Virus record (IMG/VR): IMGVR_UViG_3300037484_000473
Span: 1-35,087 of that record
Length of the DNA: 35,087 bases
Direction: 5' to 3' (one strand)
Origin: a virus
Shown here: one piece after another, positions 18,235 through 24,738 of the stretch
Layout: the number at the start of each line of letters is the position of its first letter
How positions within the stretch are numbered: position 1 is the stretch's first letter
Notes under the pieces: model-generated
Database searches by the model: none
What the model was told of the DNA's origin: nothing
What the model saw: the letters and a program-made list of their open reading frames with translations, nothing else
Program-made: the position numbers and the translations under genes

Positions 18235-18243
18235 TATATACAC
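18232..18243. promoter_or_regulatory. 12-bp perfect palindrome GTGTATATACAC (copy 1 of 2)
   Basis: The identical 12-mer recurs at 22849..22860; both copies are intergenic. Confidence 0.7.
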
Positions 18244-18270
18244 AAATCCCCCACTTCCCTCGATGAAACC

Positions 18271-18287
18271 AATAGCCACGGTGGCTA
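18271..18287. other. Palindrome ATAGCCAC-g-GTGGCTAT
   Basis: 8-bp arms around a single central base. Confidence 0.75.
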
Positions 18288-18554
18288 TCACGGGAACGCT
18301 CGGGGATTTGGGTTTCCCACCACCCTGGAGGGGGCAGAAAGCCCAGAGAATCACGAAATCCCCACCGTGGGATCAGGGGGATCCCACCCATCTCCACGGC
18401 ACATCTTCCGCAACTAGGGTGCCAGGCATATCGGACGGGAATTGTCAAATCGGGCTTGAGTTGCGAGCTTGGGCAGGGCGGTGGAATACCTAGCAGGTCC
18501 AATGGCCGCCTACATGTTGGCACTATGCCACCGGTATGGGCCGGTGGTGATCAA

Positions 18555-18770
18555 ATGACCTGGAACAACCTCCCCCAAATCCTCACGGCTATCGGAACCG
18601 TTCTGGGCGCGATCTTCCTGCTCATTAGGTGGCTTCTCAAGTGGAGGAGTGACTACGACCGAGACGTTTGGAAAAGGTCGCAGGACCTTTGTCAGATCCA
18701 ATCGGCCGAACTAGAGAGGCTGCGGCAGGTTTCCGGGTTGCCCAAGGTGCCACTGGATCCCCCGGCATAG
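18555..18770 (+). CDS. 71-aa single-pass membrane protein (MTWNNLPQILTAIGTVLGAIFLLIRWLLKW...)
   Basis: An internal ATG of ORF 18456..18770 gives an N-terminal TM helix. A 7-bp-stem hairpin CCACCGG/CCGGTGG lies just upstream. The start is uncertain (18456, 18525 or 18555). Confidence 0.5.
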   Translation: MTWNNLPQILTAIGTVLGAIFLLIRWLLKWRSDYDRDVWKRSQDLCQIQSAELERLRQVSGLPKVPLDPPA

Positions 18771-18812
18771 GCGTCTATTGACGCCCATGAGCCGGAGTGA
18801 TGGGCTGGGAGG

Positions 18813-19040
18813 ATGCCTACAAACTCAGGACCCGTAGTCAATTGGCTGAGAGAGCACAACCTAGCGATGTGCCGTTGCGGTAGCGACAAGTACAATATTG
18901 GACAATTGGCGGCCCTAGTCGCCCTGAAGGGAGCTCGACCAGACATTGACGGGCCTATTACTAGGGTAGTCCCGATTGTCTGCGAAGCCTGTGGCGAGAT
19001 ACGGCTGTACTCCACTGAGGTGCTGAAGCTCTACACCTAG
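18813..19040 (+). CDS. 75-aa zinc-ribbon-like protein (CRC ... CEAC)
   Basis: The ORF carries paired cysteine motifs and converges on the DUF4145-like gene. Confidence 0.5.
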   Translation: MPTNSGPVVNWLREHNLAMCRCGSDKYNIGQLAALVALKGARPDIDGPITRVVPIVCEACGEIRLYSTEVLKLYT

Positions 19041-19047
19041 GAGGAGC

Positions 19048-19063
19048 GTGTCGTTGTCGACAC
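19048..19063. terminator. Short hairpin GTGTCG-ttgt-CGACAC between convergent genes
   Basis: A 6-bp stem lies between the 19040 (+) and 19063 (-) gene ends. There is no clear U-tract. Confidence 0.3.
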
Positions 19064-19665
19064 TATCCATTGGGGCGTGATGGTCTTTCCTTAACTGCCT
19101 TTGCAAGACCCTCTATGACAGCAACCGTAAGCTTCACAGCAGCGTCAATTTCGTCGTCCGCAACCTCATCCAGAAAATCATCTTTTGGATGGGCACCATA
19201 GACGTTTGCGAAAACTCGAATGTTGTGGGCTTGGCCCGCCTGTATGGCGGTCATAATCCCCCGTTCTTTAAGCACCCCTATCTTTTTGGCCAGCGTGTCG
19301 GAAGGGCCTCCCACCTCGTTGGTTGCTCGCTCTAGGGCGCGACGGAGCATAACCGTAGCCGCACGGGAACACCCAGCATTTGCCGCACGAATACCTTCCT
19401 TGAGATCCTTACCTATTTCGGGAGATACGGATCGGAGAGCACTAACGGGCACAACAAACCTGTCGACGGGGTCAACCGTCTTCAATCCTCCCATCATATC
19501 GAATGTAATACTATGTGTGAATTTGCAGGCCGGGCATCTCCAAAGATGAGGCCCATCTATCCACCATTTGGGGGCCTCATGAAAACCGTAGCATCCGTGG
19601 CACTGGATATCTGTCATCTCTAACCAATCCTTCGCTACTGCTTCCCGCAACCATGTTTGGATCAT
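19063..19665 (-). CDS. 200-aa protein with an N-terminal zinc ribbon (CHGC...CPAC) and a C-terminal DUF4145-like domain
   Basis: The C-terminal pattern is A..C.RAATVMLRRALE......G....LAKKI..L...G.......H.IR..AN.YGAHP, followed by DEIDAAVKL. This matches my memory of the DUF4145 pattern. Confidence 0.6.
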   Translation of the reverse strand: MIQTWLREAVAKDWLEMTDIQCHGCYGFHEAPKWWIDGPHLWRCPACKFTHSITFDMMGGLKTVDPVDRFVVPVSALRSVSPEIGKDLKEGIRAANAGCSRAATVMLRRALERATNEVGGPSDTLAKKIGVLKERGIMTAIQAGQAHNIRVFANVYGAHPKDDFLDEVADDEIDAAVKLTVAVIEGLAKAVKERPSRPNG

Positions 19666-19865
19666 CGATAATAGGGACCGACAACGAGCACGATGCTCGA
19701 TTCTACCTTTGTGGTATCCAAGTAGATCAGCTCCTTGATCCGGTAGCGTTCGGGATGGGCTTCACCTTTAATCTCGACGGACTCTCCAATCCGAGGGACA
19801 CACGGAAGGTTGATCGTGGCGATGGGGGCGCCTCCTTGCTCGACGATGGCTTGAATTATTTCCAT
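19662..19865 (-). CDS. 67-aa hypothetical protein coupled (ATGA) to the DUF4145-like gene
   Basis: The ORF has a 4-nt overlap with the downstream start. Confidence 0.5.
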   Translation of the reverse strand: MEIIQAIVEQGGAPIATINLPCVPRIGESVEIKGEAHPERYRIKELIYLDTTKVESSIVLVVGPYYR

Positions 19866-20064
19866 CGCCGGAGGGTAGACCCTACGGTTGCTAGTGTCCT
19901 ATTGCTTCCGCTCTAGTGCCCAGAGCAGGCTAGTTGTTCGGTAACGTAGGCCCGTTCCAGAATAATCAACCAGGAGGCCGGCGCTTCGCCGGGGCGGGCA
20001 GTCACCCCTCCGGCTGTTTCTCATTTGACCTTCCGGTCCTTCAGCCAAGAGGGTGGTTTTTATG

Positions 20065-20175
20065 TGTGAGAAACCCCGGCTCTCTCTCTCTTCTCTTTAA
20101 CCGTTTTTTCACGACTCTGAGTCCGTGAGAAAGACAGATGTAGTTAAGAGAGTAAGAGATCCGGGGTTTCTCACA
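20065..20175. other. 111-nt extended imperfect hairpin (15-bp perfect outer stem, CT-tract/AG-tract middle, apical stem-loop)
   Basis: TGTGAGAAACCCCGG (20065..20079) pairs with CCGGGGTTTCTCACA (20161..20175). Inside, ctctctctctcttctcttt opposes aagagagtaagagat. The apex is cacgac-tctga-gtccgtg. Confidence 0.75.
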
Positions 20176-20179
20176 GCTC

Positions 20180-21661
20180 TCACACTCCATCGAGGAGTGT
20201 TCTGAACTCCTCTTCGGATGGATTGGTCATACCATCCTCGTGGCCAGTGTAAGAGATCTTACGGCTTGGGAAGGTCACGCTGGCCTCAAAGTCGGAGAAT
20301 GGACCTCCCTCTCTGTTCTTCAGGCAAGTGATCCGGGTTCGGTTTCGGGCCCGCAGATCATCATCGATCCAAGACGTGGTCACGTAGTCGGAGCTACGCT
20401 CGGCCTCATTGGCATTTGACAAATGAGCCAAGGTCAACCGTCCACCCTCTTTGCTGGCCGTCCGTGACCCTTCTCGATTGATTTGGTGCAAGATGAGCAC
20501 TGGAACACCTGCCCCTCCTGCGAAGCCTAGGGCGGCCTGTTTTGCGTCCACAAAGACCGAGTTGGCCGAAGCCAGAGGGTCGTTCCGGAACTGCGTCGCA
20601 GGCTTCACTAGGCCGGAATGATCGATAACAACCAACCCAAGCGGGTCTCTGCGGTTGATCGCCTCTGCTTGCACCATGATCTCCGCTATTCCTACCTTCT
20701 TGGGCGGGGACCAAACCGTCAGGGTCCCCTTTGCACTGGCCTCAGCGTCTCGCGCAACCTCGGCCAGGTAAGCCTCGTCTTGGGGGTTGAGCTTGCCCTC
20801 CCGGACCTGCCCGTAGTTCAAACCAGGTCGGCCCCATTTTTCAAAATTGGAAGCTGAGTGAATAACGTAGAGACTTCTGCGAATTTGCTCGATGGTCATC
20901 TCGAGAGAGACATAGAGAACGCCACGGCCATCGATCATGGTCGTGTAGTACGCGACGTTGGCCGCTAACGTGCTTTTTAGATGACCAGTGAAGGCGGCAT
21001 GGGTCCACATCTCTCCGGGCCTCACACCTGAGAAGCAGTCATCGATAGGGCCTAGCCCACAACGAAGCCCCAAAGGGCGAGCCTTGGCTTCGTTGTAGTC
21101 GTTGATGACCGCGGCCGAATCATTCCAGATTTTCGAGCGTGCTTTTGAATCATCCTGAAGTAGGTCGGAGAAGCCTTGAGTAACATACTTTAAGGCATCT
21201 TCAGGGCCTTTGAAGTTGATCGTCCTATTTCCAAGCTTCTTGGTGATCCCAGATTCGACGATTTTCTTGCCTGCCTCCATGAGGCTGATGGCCGTCACCT
21301 TGCGTTGGCTTTCGATCTCCGCGGTTAGGTAGTGCTTGAAGGGATTCACAGCATGGAAGTGGCACGAGGAAATATCCCCGAGCTTGTCCACTGTTGTCAT
21401 ACCGTCCACACCTACCCGCTCGAAGTAGTTTCGGATTATGTCCGCAGTGGGTGGCTCATCAGTCTCATCGACGTACTCGCGTACGAACCCGGCTATTTTG
21501 CTGCAATCAGGATTGAGGAAGACATACTTACCGCTTCTAACGGCCTCAACAAGCCGAAGGGTATTAGCTAGTAAGTCCTGCTTGGGCTCATCCCCATGGC
21601 GAATTACGCTACGTAGCAGCGTGTTAGGGTTCGATCCATCCGTGGCCCAGGTGGCTGCCAT
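20180..21661 (-). CDS. dnaB: DnaB-family replicative helicase
   Basis: Motifs seen are YVSLEM (H1a), VVIDHSGL (Walker B) and LHQINREG with LSNANEAERSSDYV (DnaB C-terminal motifs). The P-loop position reads AAFTGHLKST. Confidence 0.85.
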   Translation of the reverse strand: MAATWATDGSNPNTLLRSVIRHGDEPKQDLLANTLRLVEAVRSGKYVFLNPDCSKIAGFVREYVDETDEPPTADIIRNYFERVGVDGMTTVDKLGDISSCHFHAVNPFKHYLTAEIESQRKVTAISLMEAGKKIVESGITKKLGNRTINFKGPEDALKYVTQGFSDLLQDDSKARSKIWNDSAAVINDYNEAKARPLGLRCGLGPIDDCFSGVRPGEMWTHAAFTGHLKSTLAANVAYYTTMIDGRGVLYVSLEMTIEQIRRSLYVIHSASNFEKWGRPGLNYGQVREGKLNPQDEAYLAEVARDAEASAKGTLTVWSPPKKVGIAEIMVQAEAINRRDPLGLVVIDHSGLVKPATQFRNDPLASANSVFVDAKQAALGFAGGAGVPVLILHQINREGSRTASKEGGRLTLAHLSNANEAERSSDYVTTSWIDDDLRARNRTRITCLKNREGGPFSDFEASVTFPSRKISYTGHEDGMTNPSEEEFRTLLDGV

Positions 21662-22329
21662 TAGGCACCCGCCTTTCCTGCCGCGGCTAGGTCAACAAAC
21701 CTAGGATCGTCTTCCGCGGGAACGAGATTGATCCGTGGCCAGTCCTTGATTCTCTCGGCAGTATCCGCTGACCAAGAGGCATGCCCACCTTTGAACGGTT
21801 TGCTGGGGGTCTCTACGAGCCAAGTAGGAATCGAGGCGTCATCGGCCATCGACATGACCTCGTAGAGAGCGGGGGCATTCGTGCCATGAGGGCTGGCCTG
21901 ACCAAGCCTAATGACTACCAGCGCCTGGTCCTGGACTAGATCGGTATGCCTCATGGCCTTGCCATCGGCGAAGTACATCGATCGGATCGCCAAGTCATTG
22001 GTCGCCAGAAGTGGCCACTCGTTCGAAAAAACCGTTCTATCCCTCAACGACTCTACAACCACGCAGCAAGCCAAATGGTGCATGAGTTGGGGCCACTCGG
22101 CACGGATGACCATGTTCTCTGCCTTCGCTCGGCCCTCAGATACTAGAGGGCTAGCCTTGGCTGCTACGTACTTGGGGATCTCTACCCGCTCGAACAGCTT
22201 TCCATATTTCGCAAAGCTTTGCTGTACTCGGATGCGAAGCTCTTGGATTTGAACGCAAGGGCAAGTTCGACCCCCATTTACGAAGCCAGATCCGAAGCAC
22301 TTCGGGCAATCAATCTCTGGGGAGATCAT
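21661..22329 (-). CDS. 222-aa zinc-ribbon protein (CPKCFGSG...CPC); helicase-loader role possible from position only
   Basis: The ATG at 22329 makes an ATGA overlap with the upstream stop, and there is a TAATG overlap with the helicase start. No Walker motifs were seen. Confidence 0.45.
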   Translation of the reverse strand: MISPEIDCPKCFGSGFVNGGRTCPCVQIQELRIRVQQSFAKYGKLFERVEIPKYVAAKASPLVSEGRAKAENMVIRAEWPQLMHHLACCVVVESLRDRTVFSNEWPLLATNDLAIRSMYFADGKAMRHTDLVQDQALVVIRLGQASPHGTNAPALYEVMSMADDASIPTWLVETPSKPFKGGHASWSADTAERIKDWPRINLVPAEDDPRFVDLAAAGKAGA

Positions 22330-22769
22330 AGCGCCACCACCTTCCGGGCTTCGCGCCAAGCTTGCATGTATTTCCGATGCTCTTCCTTGTGCGAGGCCCG
22401 ATATTCCGCTTGATATTTCTCCTGGTAGGCTTTGACTTTTGCTCGTTGGAACGGATTTTGAAGTCGTTGGCTCTGGTGCCGCCTATCCCTTTCACGTCCC
22501 ATCAAGTAGACATAGTGATAGAGGTCCGTTGCTTCGGTCTTGGCTTCACGTGCAAGCCTCCAGATCTCCTTGATCTGGTCCGATGTGAACCGCTCCTTGA
22601 TCTTCGCGAAGGCTGCCTGAGCCTTAGAATAATGGCTATCGTCCTTGATTCCACTGAGGACGGCCATTCGGATTTGTTCGAGGCACAGCGTGAGAAACGA
22701 CGTCAAGTCGAGGCCACGGTCGTCAACGTTGCGCTCAGCTGCAGCAACAGCTATACTCTCTGTTAACAT
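22326..22769 (-). CDS. 147-aa hypothetical protein with a basic C-terminal half
   Basis: The ORF has GGAG 5 nt upstream of its ATG. Confidence 0.6.
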   Translation of the reverse strand: MLTESIAVAAAERNVDDRGLDLTSFLTLCLEQIRMAVLSGIKDDSHYSKAQAAFAKIKERFTSDQIKEIWRLAREAKTEATDLYHYVYLMGRERDRRHQSQRLQNPFQRAKVKAYQEKYQAEYRASHKEEHRKYMQAWREARKVVAL

Positions 22770-22780
22770 ATAGTCTCCAA

Positions 22781-22815
22781 TTGGCCCACGTACTTTTCCG
22801 GGTAGCGTGGGCCAA
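22781..22815 (-). promoter_or_regulatory. Hairpin TTGGCCCACG-15 nt-CGTGGGCCAA abutting the SD of the 22769 gene
   Basis: 10-bp perfect arms are at 22781..22790 and 22806..22815. The SD (GGAG, plus-strand ctcc at 22775..22778) lies 2 nt from the stem base. Confidence 0.6.
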
Positions 22816-22848
22816 ACTAATTTGAACTTGGATATCCTAGCACGACTT

Positions 22849-22860
22849 GTGTATATACAC
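22849..22860. promoter_or_regulatory. 12-bp perfect palindrome GTGTATATACAC (copy 2 of 2)
   Basis: Identical to 18232..18243; intergenic, 80 nt upstream of the ATG at 22769. Confidence 0.7.
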
Positions 22861-22875
22861 TGTGCTAAATAACGA

Positions 22876-23238
22876 CTAGCCGATCGAATCCATTAGCTCT
22901 CGCCAAGTGTCGTCTATGTTGGGGTCGTACTCGGCTACCACCCCAACATCTTGTGGTGGGTCATCAGGGACATCAGCCTTTGAAGTTCGCTTTTCGAAGA
23001 ATCCTCGAAGTGAAGGCTCTTGTTCCTCGATCAATCGAACATAAAATGGGCAATGATTATTGTTCAGCGCCCACTTTTCCCCGGGTTTTCGGCTGATCAT
23101 GCGCCGGAACCTGATGGTCTCCCAAAGCACACGGAAGCTACAATGGCGATGGCCAGCTGCTTTGACCTTGCGAGCAAGGGCTACGATTGTCTCGTAGATG
23201 TCGGGATTTGCGGCATGAAATGCCATGAAAGCATGCAC
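22876..23238 (-). CDS. 120-aa hypothetical early protein
   Basis: The ORF has GGAGG 10 nt upstream of its ATG. Confidence 0.65.
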   Translation of the reverse strand: MHAFMAFHAANPDIYETIVALARKVKAAGHRHCSFRVLWETIRFRRMISRKPGEKWALNNNHCPFYVRLIEEQEPSLRGFFEKRTSKADVPDDPPQDVGVVAEYDPNIDDTWRELMDSIG

Positions 23239-23320
23239 GATGTACCTCCAGGAAACTGAGAAGGGTGTACATCTACATTTGCCTCCATTGCGGCCGAGGC
23301 TAGTGGCCTGATGTCGCTAG

Positions 23321-23653
23321 CTACTCGTCGAGGATCATGATCGCATCGTCGGCCGTGCCGCCCCATTCGTAGCGTAGCCCGACCATTTTGATAGCATTTG
23401 CCGCTATTTCACCGATTGAAACATCTGGAGTGAAATAGACTGCACCGTCATTTTGCTGCACTGTGTACACAGATCCTCGCACTTTCCGGCCTTTTTCGGC
23501 TAGTAGTCGATCTGAGCGATCCTCCAGCTGACAACACGCACATGTACAGCAGCATGCGTAGCGGTAGTGGGCGAGGATATTTTGCCGGCGAACCGTATCG
23601 AACGCTAGCAGGAGTTTTGCTTTCGTTGGTTCGGAAAAGCGTTTAAAGGGCAT
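23321..23653 (-). CDS. 110-aa protein with cysteine cluster YACCCTCACCQ
   Basis: The ORF is preceded by GAAGGAGAAG and has six Cys within 9 residues. Confidence 0.6.
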   Translation of the reverse strand: MPFKRFSEPTKAKLLLAFDTVRRQNILAHYRYACCCTCACCQLEDRSDRLLAEKGRKVRGSVYTVQQNDGAVYFTPDVSIGEIAANAIKMVGLRYEWGGTADDAIMILDE

Positions 23654-23670
23654 TGTGTGTGTCTTCTCCT

Positions 23671-23901
23671 TCAGCTTGCTGCCAGCAAATCCAACAACCC
23701 CACGACCTCACCCGCAATCTTTCGATCGTTAACGTCGGGTTTTCTGCCGAAATAGGCTTCAAAACGCTTGAAAAGTCGTTCTTGCCGGGTAGGCGCGGTG
23801 AGCTCAACTGTCACGGCATCAGTAACAGTGAGGGTGTCTCCGGAGTCATGCCGGCAGTAGCTGTGTTCTATGTTCGTGGTGATTTTATCAGTTGCGATCA
23901 T
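23671..23901 (-). CDS. 76-aa hypothetical protein
   Basis: An internal ATG of ORF 23671..23964 is preceded by AAGGAG. This start avoids overlap with the upstream gene. Confidence 0.55.
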   Translation of the reverse strand: MIATDKITTNIEHSYCRHDSGDTLTVTDAVTVELTAPTRQERLFKRFEAYFGRKPDVNDRKIAGEVVGLLDLLAAS

Positions 23902-23918
23902 TGCGATTTCTCCTTGTC

Positions 23919-24341
23919 TTACGCGATAATCCCTGCTTTTTGAGCTTCTTCGGTGGTAAAACACTCGCCGCTGATCAACTGGTCCAACGACAAACCCTCG
24001 CTTTCCTCGGGGATTTCCTCGGCTTTTGCCGTCGGCTCGTCGAGGTCATCGGGCAAGTCAGCCAGAAACCTTGCGAATTGATCCTCGTTGGGGGGTTCTG
24101 GTGTGGGTGCCGGTACTGTTGGTGGGGCTGGGGGAGCGGCACGGCTAGCCTCAGCCAGCTCCAGCAGCCACACCTCGAGCCTAGGCAGGCTCCAGCGTAG
24201 CCTACCGCCCTTTCCCGCGGGTCTGCCGACCCTATAACATGGACATCCAGGCTCTCTAGCTAGACGCTGTAGATAGTCCTCGCTGATTCCCAGCGTCTTG
24301 GACACCGTGACTGTGTTTACACATTTCTCCACACCTGACAT
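23919..24341 (-). CDS. 140-aa excisionase/MerR-family HTH DNA-binding protein with an acidic, proline-rich tail; first gene of the early leftward unit (Cro-like position)
   Basis: The HTH segment is VTVSKTLGISEDYLQRLAREPGCPCYRVGRP...LRWSLPRLEVWL. AAAGGAA lies upstream of the ATG. The gene is divergent from the int unit. Confidence 0.65.
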   Translation of the reverse strand: MSGVEKCVNTVTVSKTLGISEDYLQRLAREPGCPCYRVGRPAGKGGRLRWSLPRLEVWLLELAEASRAAPPAPPTVPAPTPEPPNEDQFARFLADLPDDLDEPTAKAEEIPEESEGLSLDQLISGECFTTEEAQKAGIIA

Positions 24342-24485
24342 ATCGACATTCCTTTCGGAGTATCGGACCAGAGTGGGATGCAGAGCTGTACCACGTACCT
24401 GTTAGGCCGGTCATCGATCCATCTCAGTGGCTGCCGGCGTGTCCTACGCGGTACATACTGACTTATGGCTCCTCTTAGTGCCATC

Positions 24486-24518
24486 ACTATTTGACATAGC
24501 CAATCAAATTGCAATAAA
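24486..24518. promoter_or_regulatory. Candidate overlapping divergent promoters in the switch region
   Basis: On the plus strand, TTGACA (24491..24496) is followed by 16 nt and AATAAA (24513..24518). On the minus strand, TTGCAA (24509..24514) is followed by 17 nt and AATAGT (24486..24491). The -10 boxes are weak. Confidence 0.3.
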
Positions 24519-24738
24519 CACCGAGAAAACGGTTCTTGCACCCACAGAATTGAACAGATTTCTGTGCAAAAAGGCCGGGCCGACAGTGTAGGTGTTGTGG
24601 TTTTGGGTGTTGGCCATCGGGGTTTTGAAAAAGTTAAGGGCAATTCTCATGGGTCAGCGCGGACCGGGGTCACCCTTCATACCCCGTTCTAGGTGGGTAT
24701 ATGTCGGCTTATGTGGGGTTTAGTCGTACCCAACAAGG

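Noticed and set aside
17674-18523. Track ORFs inside the hub (17674..17868 +, 18127..18417 +, 18137..18493 +, 18166..18354 -, 18224..18523 -).
   Set aside because: They overlap one another in several frames and on both strands. They are translations of the G-tract repeats and hairpins, lack ribosome-binding sites, and have odd low-complexity composition. I treated the region as non-coding.
19866-20064. I looked for a sigma70-type promoter for the DUF4145 cassette.
   Set aside because: Only a TTGATT -35-like hexamer without an acceptable -10 was found at the right spacing, so no promoter is called.
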